Of a stretch of DNA of 39,055 nucleotides, positions 9,037 to 17,864 are shown one piece after another (the stretch's first letter is position 1; each line of letters starts with the position of its first letter). The position numbers were made by a program, and so were the translations under genes. This DNA is from Arcobacteraceae bacterium (GTDB taxonomy: Bacteria > Campylobacterota > Campylobacteria > Campylobacterales > Arcobacteraceae). Where the stretch lies: the NCBI GenBank assembly GCA_048268245.1, contig JBLWVX010000024.1, forward strand, positions 1-39,055. Direction: 5' to 3'. The notes beneath the pieces are model-generated. The model was not told where the DNA came from and did not search any database. It was given only the letters and a program-made list of their open reading frames with translations.

Positions 9037-10756
9037 CCTCCATATCTTTACCTATATCAAGTCTTCTTTTAAACACATTATCAATATTATCATGAACTCT
9101 TGAATCTTTATCTAAGAATAAAATTCTATGTTTATTTAATTGATTTACATTTTTAAGACCCATTATTGCTAACATACCTTTAACACTTTTAAGTAAGTTG
9201 TTATGGTAATTTCTAACTTTTTTGGCTTGTTTATAAACAAAGTATTTTTTTCTTTTATCTTTATTTTGAGTAGCAAGTCCAACTGGACAATCATGACCAG
9301 TTGTACCTGAACAATATCTTGCTCTAATACACCCTGCACTCATCATAAAACCTCTTGCAATTTGAATAAAATCAGCACCTAAAGATAAAATTACAATAAT
9401 ATCATCAGGAGTTAAAATCTTACCACTTGCAACAATTCTTACTTTTTCTCTTACACCAAATTCTTGTAATACTTTATCAGCTAAATAAACAGAATCTCTA
9501 ATATTTAAACCAACTCTTTCCATCATTTCAATAGGAGCAGTTGCACTACCACCTGAACCACCATCAATAGAAATAAAGTCAGGATATCTACTATCTCCTG
9601 CATCTATTCTTCTTTTTATTTCTCTTGCATAAGGTTCAATATTTTCAATATCTGAAATTACTATTTTTACACCAACTGGTTTATCAGATAGTTCTTGTAA
9701 TGTTCCAATAAAATCAAATAATTCCTCAATTGTATTTGCATAAGGAAACCTATTTGGAGAGAATATATCTGTATGAGCTCTTACATTTCTATAGTATGCA
9801 ATAGCAGGAGTTACTTTATGAGCTGCAAGTTTACCACCTGTTTGTTTTGCTCCCTGTGCTATTTTAATTTCAGTCATTCTACAAAATCTCATAGTTTTTT
9901 GGTATCTATCAGGGTCAAACTTACCATCTTTATCCCTTGCACCATAAAGTCCAGAACTTAATTGTAAAATAATATCAGGCATATCTTTTGGAACTTCAGT
10001 TGGGAAATTTTCTAGTGGTGCATCCCAATTTACTCTATGGAAAAGTTGTGATTTTAAATCAAATACATAAGTTTCTGCTTCGGGATCATCTTTAAATACA
10101 AGCTTTCTATAAACATCTGCTGCCATTGCACCATTGAAAAAGAACTGAACTATATCTTTCATTTTTTTTGCAAAAGCTGTACCATGAACTATCTTCATGT
10201 AATCTTCTTTATAAGTTTTATGAGTTACAAAAAAGTTAGAAGTCACACTACCTTCACCTGAATTAATTGGGAAACCTCCCATTTGAGCACCTCTTACAAA
10301 AGCTCTTGTACCTTCAGGAGAAATAGAACCATCACTCATAGCACTTCTTGCAATAATTGTTTTTGCAGTATATGGATACTTTCTTGCTTCACCAAATGTT
10401 ACTTCAAATTCATTATCAACTTCATCTTCATTTAAAACAATATTCGCATGTCTAATCATAAACTTAGGTTTAGGAAGAGGCTGTGATGGTGAAAAAGCCG
10501 CATAATTAGGCTTATCATTTGCTGCTTTATAAACCCAGTCAAGTTTATCTTTTGATTCATAAAATTTCTCGTCACCAAAATATTGCCTAAAAGGCTCTCT
10601 TGCTTCTTCTAAAACATATCTTAACCTACCAATAATTGGATAGTTAACTAAAAGCTGATGATCTCTTTGTACATATTTATCATGAACATACCATGCAGTA
10701 ATGATAATCAAAAATACTAATACAATAATCTCAATATATAATAAAAAAATATCCAT
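9014..10756 (-). CDS. FMN-binding glutamate synthase family protein (YerD/GltB2-like) with N-terminal TM helix
   Basis: NYPIIGRLRY, SAMSDGSIS, NSGEG, EIKIAQGAK, KPVGVK, IDGGSGGSATAP, ARGFMMSAGC...C...CPVGLATQ. Confidence 0.92.
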   Translation of the reverse strand: MDIFLLYIEIIVLVFLIIITAWYVHDKYVQRDHQLLVNYPIIGRLRYVLEEAREPFRQYFGDEKFYESKDKLDWVYKAANDKPNYAAFSPSQPLPKPKFMIRHANIVLNEDEVDNEFEVTFGEARKYPYTAKTIIARSAMSDGSISPEGTRAFVRGAQMGGFPINSGEGSVTSNFFVTHKTYKEDYMKIVHGTAFAKKMKDIVQFFFNGAMAADVYRKLVFKDDPEAETYVFDLKSQLFHRVNWDAPLENFPTEVPKDMPDIILQLSSGLYGARDKDGKFDPDRYQKTMRFCRMTEIKIAQGAKQTGGKLAAHKVTPAIAYYRNVRAHTDIFSPNRFPYANTIEELFDFIGTLQELSDKPVGVKIVISDIENIEPYAREIKRRIDAGDSRYPDFISIDGGSGGSATAPIEMMERVGLNIRDSVYLADKVLQEFGVREKVRIVASGKILTPDDIIVILSLGADFIQIARGFMMSAGCIRARYCSGTTGHDCPVGLATQNKDKRKKYFVYKQAKKVRNYHNNLLKSVKGMLAIMGLKNVNQLNKHRILFLDKDSRVHDNIDNVFKRRLDIGKDMEDEYHESR

Positions 10757-10759
10757 TTT

Positions 10760-11644
10760 CTAATCCTTTTTCATGGAAACTAAAACACCACTAATTACAA
10801 TTAAAAGTATACCAAAAATAATCCAAATATCAGGCAAACTATCCCCTAAAATCAATCCTAAAAGAATTGAAAAGGCAATATTACTATAACCTATAGTACC
10901 AATAATACCCGCCTTAGCACATGAGTATGCTTTAGTCATATAAATTTGTGCAAATGTTGCAAAAATTCCCAATAAAATAATAAATAACCAATCATCACCT
11001 TTTGGCATTACAAAAGATGCAAATAAAAAGTCTAAGTTCTCATTTACATAAAATTCTCCAATGATTAAAAGAATCATTGGACCAATTGTTCCTATTGTCA
11101 TAAATGATAAAACAATTGCCCTACTATCATAATACTTTCTAAGCTCTCTAATTGACGTATAAGCAAGCCCAGCTCCTACTCCACAAAGTATTCCTAAATA
11201 ATCAGTTTTATCTAAAGAAGAGCCATCAAACTTTGTAATAAATAAAATACCAATAAATCCTACAAATACTCCAAACCAACCTTTAAAGCCTAGCTTTTCT
11301 TTTACAAATATATAAGCAAAAATTGCAGTAAAGATTGCAGAAGTTTTAGAAAAAGTCATAGCTTCACCTAAAGGAATATTTGCAATATTATAAAAAAAGA
11401 AAAGTAAAGCAATAAAACCTGCCATTCCTCTAAAAATAAGAAGCCATATTTTTCCACCGATTTGATTTAAAGGACTTTTATATATTGATAATAAAATTAA
11501 AACAACCCCAAAAACATTTCTGAAAAATACTACTTCTATTGAGCTCATAGAATTACTAAGCTCTTTTGCTGTTGCACCCATTAAAGCAAATAACATAGCA
11601 GCAAATAACATATATTTAACACCTAACTTAACACTATTTTCCAT
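10760..11644 (-). CDS. EamA/DMT family transporter
   Basis: About 10 TM helices in two repeats; EVVFFRN, FVKEKL, AQIYMTKAY. Confidence 0.92.
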   Translation of the reverse strand: MENSVKLGVKYMLFAAMLFALMGATAKELSNSMSSIEVVFFRNVFGVVLILLSIYKSPLNQIGGKIWLLIFRGMAGFIALLFFFYNIANIPLGEAMTFSKTSAIFTAIFAYIFVKEKLGFKGWFGVFVGFIGILFITKFDGSSLDKTDYLGILCGVGAGLAYTSIRELRKYYDSRAIVLSFMTIGTIGPMILLIIGEFYVNENLDFLFASFVMPKGDDWLFIILLGIFATFAQIYMTKAYSCAKAGIIGTIGYSNIAFSILLGLILGDSLPDIWIIFGILLIVISGVLVSMKKD

Positions 11645-11659
11645 ATATAACCTTTTAAA

Positions 11660-11760
11660 ATCGCAATTGTATTGCTTATAATATTAAAAAAAGATTATTA
11701 GTATTAATTTTTAAAGGCTTTTTTAGATAATATAATACCTTTGTTTAGATATATAATCGT
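11660..11760. promoter_or_regulatory. Divergent promoter region between the EamA operon and murA
   Basis: Minus-strand TACAAT at 11666-11671; plus-strand TATAAT at 11731-11736 and 11752-11757; AGGA SD at 11761. Confidence 0.5.
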
Positions 11761-11769
11761 AGGAATGAC

Positions 11770-13035
11770 ATGGAATACTTAAAAATAATAGGAAATAAAG
11801 AGATTTCTGGAGAAGTTGAAATCTCAGGGGCTAAAAATGCTGCCCTTCCATTAATAGCAGCAACAATACTTGCTAAAAACGAAATCAAAATTGGAAATAT
11901 GCCAAATGTAGTTGATATAAACACATTTTTAAAACTTATAGATATGCTTGGTGGAAGTTTCGAAAAACAAGACGGTATTGTTAAAATAAACACATATGAA
12001 ATAGATAAAACTACTGCAACTTATGACATTGTAAAAACAATGAGAGCTTCTATTTTAGTTTTAGGGCCTTTATTAGCTAGATTTGGCCACTGTGAGGTTT
12101 CACTTCCAGGGGGATGTGCTATTGGTCAAAGACCTGTTGATTTACACCTAAAAGCTTTAGAGCAAATGGGAGCACAAATTGATATTAAGCATGGATATAT
12201 TCAAGCTACAGCACCTCAAGGTTTAAAAGGCTCTAAAATTGTATTTGATAAAGTTACAGTTGGTGGAACTGAAAATATCTTAATGGCAGCAGCATTAGCT
12301 CAAGGTACTACAACTATTATTAATGCAGCTAAAGAGCCTGAAATAGAACAACTTTGTGAAGTCTTAATGAACGCAGGTGTAAAAATAGAAGGACTTGGTA
12401 CTTCTAAACTTATAATTGAAGGTTCAAACAAAGAACTATTAGAGTTTAAAGACTTTGATATTATTCCAGATAGAATAGAAGCAGGTACATATATGTGTGC
12501 AGCTGCAATAACAAATAGAAAACTTAAAATAAATAAAGTTATTCCTTTACATTTAGAAGCTGTGATTTCAAAACTTGAAGAAATGAATTTTGAAGTAATT
12601 AGCGATGAAAACAGTGTAATAATTCTTCCTACAGATGAGATAAAACCTGTAAATATTATTACAAGTGAATATCCAGGTTTCCCAACAGATATGCAAGCAC
12701 AATTTATGGCTTTAGCAACTCAAGCAAATGGAACTTCAACTATTGATGAAAGACTTTTTGAAAATAGATTTATGCATGTTAGTGAGCTTTTAAGATTAGG
12801 AGCTGATATTCACTTAAATGGAAATATTGCAACTATAAACGGTCAATCTCATACTTTAAATGGTACTGATGTAATGGCAACTGATTTAAGAGCTTCATCA
12901 GCATTAGTTTTAGCCGCACTTGTAGCAAAAGGTGAAACTAATATTCATAGAATTTATCACTTAGACAGAGGATATGAAAACCTAGAAGGAAAACTAACTT
13001 CGATTGGTTCAGATGTAAAAAGGTTTACAGAATAG
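11770..13035 (+). CDS. murA: UDP-N-acetylglucosamine 1-carboxyvinyltransferase
   Basis: [34 protein letters not shown] (Cys retained), [21 protein letters not shown]. Confidence 0.99.
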   Translation: MEYLKIIGNKEISGEVEISGAKNAALPLIAATILAKNEIKIGNMPNVVDINTFLKLIDMLGGSFEKQDGIVKINTYEIDKTTATYDIVKTMRASILVLGPLLARFGHCEVSLPGGCAIGQRPVDLHLKALEQMGAQIDIKHGYIQATAPQGLKGSKIVFDKVTVGGTENILMAAALAQGTTTIINAAKEPEIEQLCEVLMNAGVKIEGLGTSKLIIEGSNKELLEFKDFDIIPDRIEAGTYMCAAAITNRKLKINKVIPLHLEAVISKLEEMNFEVISDENSVIILPTDEIKPVNIITSEYPGFPTDMQAQFMALATQANGTSTIDERLFENRFMHVSELLRLGADIHLNGNIATINGQSHTLNGTDVMATDLRASSALVLAALVAKGETNIHRIYHLDRGYENLEGKLTSIGSDVKRFTE

Positions 13036-13045
13036 GACACTTTTT

Positions 13046-13084
13046 AAATGATAAGAGAAAAAAACATACTCTTATCATTTTTTT
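13046..13084 (+). terminator. Probable intrinsic terminator after murA
   Basis: 12-bp perfect stem AAATGATAAGAG / CTCTTATCATTT, 11-nt loop, followed by a T run. Confidence 0.7.
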
Positions 13085-13137
13085 AAGTTAAAATTCCATA
13101 AAATTTACTCAACTACAAAAAAGGTGATAATACTAAT

Positions 13138-14235
13138 ATGAAACTAGAAATATCTTTATTTAAATTTGACAAAAACTCTGATTATTTACCATACTATACT
13201 AAGCATTTTATTAAAACAAAAGAAGAAAAAACACTTCTTGATATTTTAAAAAATATTGACAATGAACAACAATTAAGTTTTGTTGATTGCCAAGATTTTG
13301 ACTTAGTAGTAAATGGTGTATATGTAAAAGCAGGGATTGAACTAAAAAGATTAAAAGAAGAGTTTGGAACTGATATTAAAATTGAACCAATCTCAATTAG
13401 AAGAGCATGTGATGACTTACTTATAAATGATGATGACTTTAATGAAAGATTAGAACTTCTTAAAGATTTTATAACTGAAGAAGATAAAAAAACTTATCAA
13501 GAATTGAAACCATATTTTTATGCATCAAATACTTTAAATCTTGACGCATCATATATTGGTGATTCTTTACTTATTTTAGCTTCTATAATTATGGATAGAG
13601 CAAATGAAGAAGAGAAAAACTCTATTTTACAAATCATTAACTCTTATGAAGTATCAGCTAGCTTCTACAATAGCTCTAAAAATCTAATTTTAGACTTTGA
13701 CAACTCTTATGAAAAGAGAATTATCAAGCTTCAAAAAGCTTTAAATGTTTATGAAGATATTGAAAAACAAAACTTCAGACTAAATAAAACTCTTATTTTA
13801 GACTTTGGAAGTTTTGAAGAAGAGTATGAAGTAAATCATGATTTTAGTGATTTTGCTATTGCATACTACGCATCAAACAATGAAAAAAAATATTCTAAAC
13901 TAATTAATAGTTTAAAAGCAAAGAAAGTAGCTTTAGAGTCTCAAAGATTAGACTTATCAAAAAATACTTTTAACAAAAACAGTAAGATTACACTTTTTAC
14001 TGCTTGTACTATACTACTAGAAGCATTTGATGCAGGTGCCGATTTGATTGTAGTTGATAATGATGAAGATTTCTATATTTTTGACTATAATAGAAAAGAG
14101 TTAGAAAAAATTTGTGGAAGAGAAGTTGCTATACCTGTAATTCATATAAATGAACTTCAAAAACTAGTAAGTGGAAAACACAAAGAAGCAAAAGAAACAC
14201 TTGAAAAACATCAAGTAAATCCAGAAATAATTTAA
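13138..14235 (+). CDS. DUF5644-like protein: degenerate SdhB/FrdB-like N-terminus fused to HdrB-like C-terminus
   Basis: N-terminus ISLFKFD...YY...TLLDIL...LVVNG...IKIEPIS resembles FrdB/SdhB; C-terminus LLEAFDAGADLIVV...IPVIHINEL resembles HdrB/SdhE; Fe-S Cys motifs absent. Confidence 0.7.
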   Translation: MKLEISLFKFDKNSDYLPYYTKHFIKTKEEKTLLDILKNIDNEQQLSFVDCQDFDLVVNGVYVKAGIELKRLKEEFGTDIKIEPISIRRACDDLLINDDDFNERLELLKDFITEEDKKTYQELKPYFYASNTLNLDASYIGDSLLILASIIMDRANEEEKNSILQIINSYEVSASFYNSSKNLILDFDNSYEKRIIKLQKALNVYEDIEKQNFRLNKTLILDFGSFEEEYEVNHDFSDFAIAYYASNNEKKYSKLINSLKAKKVALESQRLDLSKNTFNKNSKITLFTACTILLEAFDAGADLIVVDNDEDFYIFDYNRKELEKICGREVAIPVIHINELQKLVSGKHKEAKETLEKHQVNPEII

Positions 14236-14254
14236 AAATAAAAAGGTAAAAACT

Positions 14255-14869
14255 ATGATTTTAGATATAAAGTTTATCGTACTATCGTCACTTCTAATAG
14301 CTACAATAATTCCTCTTTATATCTATAGAGAAAAAGTTTTTGCCTTTGCATATAAAAAAGGTAATATTGAACCTTTTTTAGACCTTATTAAAAATCATAT
14401 GAAAAAAGAACACCCTTTAGTGCCTATCAACTATTCTATTGTAAAAAAAACTGAAGATGAAAAAGATATTAGAGTAAGGGAAACTATAATAGTTGAAGAT
14501 ATTGTATCTCAATACTTTAATTATGATTATGAAAAACAAACTCAAGGAAGTGTTAGTAAAGATAAACTCTGGACAGGTTATGATGAAAAATCTGCCCATA
14601 ATGTAAAAATGCCATCTGATTGGATACAAAGAAAAGAGTTAGCTTGGGCTAGAGATAATCACAAATGTAATAGATGTGCTAAAACTGTTTCACTAAAAAA
14701 TTCAATTAGTATTTTCGTAAAAGACATAGAAGATGGTGCTGGATACAATGTTGAAAATATCATCACACTTTGTGAAGATTGTAATAGAGTATTAAACTCA
14801 AAGAATCCAAGAAATACAATGGCAAATCTTGAACTTATGGATAGACTTATGAAATATGTAGAATCATAA
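14255..14869 (+). CDS. Membrane-anchored HNH-fold zinc-binding protein, probably catalytically altered
   Basis: N-terminal TM helix; W..RK.LAWARDNHKCNRC ... GAGYNVENIITLCEDCN; no His at the expected catalytic position. Confidence 0.75.
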   Translation: MILDIKFIVLSSLLIATIIPLYIYREKVFAFAYKKGNIEPFLDLIKNHMKKEHPLVPINYSIVKKTEDEKDIRVRETIIVEDIVSQYFNYDYEKQTQGSVSKDKLWTGYDEKSAHNVKMPSDWIQRKELAWARDNHKCNRCAKTVSLKNSISIFVKDIEDGAGYNVENIITLCEDCNRVLNSKNPRNTMANLELMDRLMKYVES

Positions 14870-15445
14870 GTTCAATAAAAACTTTGCTATAAATCCACTT
14901 TTATTATTTACTTTTATCTCACACCAATCATACTTATTACACTTTTTCAATTCAACTAAAACACCTTTATTTAAACTTTGTATAATCTTTGAATTATAAC
15001 TTGGTTTTTCTCTTACATTTGAATTATCAGTGTTTACTACAACTTCTTTATTTACAAGTCTAATAGTTTTTACTTCTTTTGTTTTAGTAGCTTTAAGGCT
15101 TTTAATTTCACTTTTTAAAAGTTCTATTTCTTTTCTAAGCTCATCAATCTCTTTTGATTTAGAAGAAGTATTAATAGTCAAACTGTCCTTTTTTTCAACA
15201 AGTAACCTCTTGTCCTTGTAAACCTCATCCATGATAATTTTAACTTTATCTTTAATCTCTTGAATATCTTGTTCATTTTCAATAGACTTATCTTTTGTTA
15301 TATCTACATCAGTTAAAAGGGATTGAAACCCTACTTTAAATAAAAGTAGTTCTAACTCTGAAGTTTTTACAACTCTTTGATTTTCTTGTACTTCTTGTGA
15401 AAAAAGAAGTAAACTTGTAAGTAGGCTTAAAAATATTAATCTCAA
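14864..15445 (-). CDS. Exported protein with coiled coil and C-terminal bacterial SH3 domain; last gene of the T2SS operon
   Basis: Signal peptide; EIDELRKEIELLKSEIKSLK coiled coil; NVREKPS...IIQSLNKG...WCEI...GFI SH3b signature; AGGAG SD, TTG start 8 nt after the gspJ stop. Confidence 0.82.
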   Translation of the reverse strand: MRLIFLSLLTSLLLFSQEVQENQRVVKTSELELLLFKVGFQSLLTDVDITKDKSIENEQDIQEIKDKVKIIMDEVYKDKRLLVEKKDSLTINTSSKSKEIDELRKEIELLKSEIKSLKATKTKEVKTIRLVNKEVVVNTDNSNVREKPSYNSKIIQSLNKGVLVELKKCNKYDWCEIKVNNKSGFIAKFLLNL

Positions 15446-15453
15446 AATTTCTC

Positions 15454-15963
15454 CTAGTTTAGTAGATAAGTACTATACAAAACTCTTTTTTTGTTTTTTT
15501 GTTTTATAGCAAAAACATATTGTTTTTTATCTTTCTTTATATCAAAATACTCAATATCATCTAAAAGTATATCAATATAAGCATTATCATAAAACTCATA
15601 ACTAGTATTTGCAAACTTGAACTTATCTTTACTCTCTATTCTAACAAGTTTATTATTTGAAGAAATCAGATAAGTAATATTAGTATAAAAAGGATTATGA
15701 TAAGTATTGTTTGAAGTAAAAACAAGCCTTGCATTTTTATCTTTATCATAACTTATTGTTTCTAATTGCAGTGATTCAGCTATATCTTCTAGAAAAATAT
15801 TATAAAGTCTATTAGAGTCTTTTATTGATTTTGTTTGCTTCTCAAATATTTCATTTGAATGCTTTGTTTGATCTAGAGTTTTATATACAAAAACAATCAA
15901 AACCATAAAAAGTGTTATAGAAATAACTACTTCAAGTAAAGTAAATGCTTTTTTAGCCTTCAT
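15454..15963 (-). CDS. gspJ: T2SS minor pseudopilin, GspJ-like
   Basis: KKA|FTLLEVVISI prepilin motif; follows gspI. Confidence 0.72.
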   Translation of the reverse strand: MKAKKAFTLLEVVISITLFMVLIVFVYKTLDQTKHSNEIFEKQTKSIKDSNRLYNIFLEDIAESLQLETISYDKDKNARLVFTSNNTYHNPFYTNITYLISSNNKLVRIESKDKFKFANTSYEFYDNAYIDILLDDIEYFDIKKDKKQYVFAIKQKNKKRVLYSTYLLN

Positions 15964-16358
15964 TATAACTCTATTTTAAAACTATAAATGTTTTTTTGAA
16001 CTTTCTTATCTATACTATAAGAAGTTTCATATGTTACTATATTAAAGTCATAAGAGTCATTTTTAACAACTCTTGTGTCTATTTGCTCATCTTTAACTTT
16101 TACTTTTATTGATTTTAGCTCTCTTCTTAACTTATCATCTTCAAAATCAAATTTTCTACTTAGAAAAAGATTTTCATTTCTATTATCAACATTATCAAGA
16201 TTAAAGGCTAGTGATAGATACTCTTTAAACTCTTTGGTTTCATTTGATTTATTCACTAAATAAATATTATCACTCTTTACTTGAAGAAGTGCTACCATCA
16301 CTACACTTAGTACCATCACAGCAACAATTACTTCCATAAGTGAAAAAGATTTTTTCAT
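15963..16358 (-). CDS. gspI: T2SS minor pseudopilin, GspI-like
   Basis: KKS|FSLMEVIVAVMVL prepilin motif; size 131 aa. Confidence 0.72.
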   Translation of the reverse strand: MKKSFSLMEVIVAVMVLSVVMVALLQVKSDNIYLVNKSNETKEFKEYLSLAFNLDNVDNRNENLFLSRKFDFEDDKLRRELKSIKVKVKDEQIDTRVVKNDSYDFNIVTYETSYSIDKKVQKNIYSFKIEL

Positions 16359-16360
16359 TT

Positions 16361-17863
16361 TTACTTAATACCAATTCTAATTGCTTCATCTACAGATGTA
16401 TCACCTGCTTCAAGCATAAGTTTTAATTGTTTATCTAAAGATATCATTCCATTCGCTAAAGCTTTTTTCATCAAAGTAGAGTCATCAACCTCACCTTTTA
16501 AATATTCTTTAATATCTTCATTAATAACAAATAATTCACCAATTGCTATTCGGCCACTATAACCTGTAAAATTACAAGATTTACAGCCATTTGCTTTATA
16601 GATTTTAGTGCTATTATCAAGTCCAAATACTTTATGTGAACCCTCTGAGTTATCTTCTTGCTTACAATCATCACAAAGTTTTCTAACTAACCTTTGAGCA
16701 AGTACAGCTAGTAAAGATGATGAAATTAAGAATTTCTCAACTCCCATATCAATAAGTCTCGTAATAGCTGCTGGGGCTCTATTTGTATGTAATGTTGAGA
16801 AAAGTAAGTGCCCTGTTAAAGCTGATTGAACAGCAATTGAAGCAGTTTCACTATCTCTAATCTCCCCAACCATTATAATATCAGGGTCTTGTCTTAAAAT
16901 AGATCTAAGTCCTGATGCAAAAGTAAGCCCTACTTTTGTATTTACTTGTATTTGTGAAAACTCATTTGATTTATACTCAACTGGGTCTTCAACTGTGATA
17001 ATATTTTTCTCATCACTAACTACTTGATGTAAAAGTGAATGAAGTGTAGTTGATTTACCACTACCTGTAGGTCCTGTTACAAGCACCATACCATAAGAGT
17101 TTTGAAGTACATCTTCAAGCTCTTTAGTTATATATGTAGGAAAACCTAACTCTTGAACACTCAAAATATCTTCACTTTGCATAAGAATTCTCATTACAAC
17201 TCGCTCACCATAAAAAGTTGGCAGTATTGAAACCCTAATATCTAAAGTTTTACCTGCAATTTTGATTTGTGTTCTACCATCTTGAGGAACTCTTTTTTCA
17301 CTAATATCAAGATTTGAGATAACTTTTATTCTTGAGATTACTAAAGACATGATATTTTTATCAAGTTCTATATGATTAACTAAAACACCATCAACTCTAT
17401 ATCTAACCTCAGCTTTAAACTCATGCATTTCTATATGAATATCTGATGATTTTTTCTTAATTGCTTGATAAAAAAGTGAATTTACAAACTTAATAATCGG
17501 AGCAGATTCTTCTGAAGTTAAAATATCACTTCCAACTTTTAAGAAGTCACTCATAGAGAAATCTTCATCCTCTAAAGTAGCATCTTCTTGCTCTTGCTGA
17601 ATTGCACTCATCTCACTATCAGTTTTAATCTCTAAAAACTTATTATAAAGCTTTTCATAAGATATATCATCAAGAAATACTATTTCATACTCATAATCTA
17701 ATTTAGATAAATAGTCTAAAGACAGACTCATATGCTCACTAGAGATAGCTATAACTATTTTTTCATCAATTTGTGTAAAAAGAACATAGTTTTTTAAAGC
17801 AGTAGAATAGTTATCTATCTCATAAGGAAGAAGATTTAAATTGTGAACTTCATTTATATTCAT
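16361..17863 (-). CDS. gspE: T2SS assembly ATPase GspE
   Basis: SDIHIE, RYRVDG, PQDGR, Walker A GPTGSGKST, TVEDPVE, LRQDPDIIMVGEIRD, TGHLLFSTLH, CDDC...CKSC zinc motif. Confidence 0.96.
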   Translation of the reverse strand: MNINEVHNLNLLPYEIDNYSTALKNYVLFTQIDEKIVIAISSEHMSLSLDYLSKLDYEYEIVFLDDISYEKLYNKFLEIKTDSEMSAIQQEQEDATLEDEDFSMSDFLKVGSDILTSEESAPIIKFVNSLFYQAIKKKSSDIHIEMHEFKAEVRYRVDGVLVNHIELDKNIMSLVISRIKVISNLDISEKRVPQDGRTQIKIAGKTLDIRVSILPTFYGERVVMRILMQSEDILSVQELGFPTYITKELEDVLQNSYGMVLVTGPTGSGKSTTLHSLLHQVVSDEKNIITVEDPVEYKSNEFSQIQVNTKVGLTFASGLRSILRQDPDIIMVGEIRDSETASIAVQSALTGHLLFSTLHTNRAPAAITRLIDMGVEKFLISSSLLAVLAQRLVRKLCDDCKQEDNSEGSHKVFGLDNSTKIYKANGCKSCNFTGYSGRIAIGELFVINEDIKEYLKGEVDDSTLMKKALANGMISLDKQLKLMLEAGDTSVDEAIRIGIK

Positions 17864-17864
17864 A

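Noticed and set aside
9014..10756. Calling this gene gltB
   Set aside because: Only the FMN domain is present; no glutamine amidotransferase or GXGXG domain and no gltD nearby
14255..14869. HNH gene as a homing endonuclease, restriction enzyme or toxin
   Set aside because: Catalytic His absent, TM anchor present, and no methylase, immunity gene or intron context
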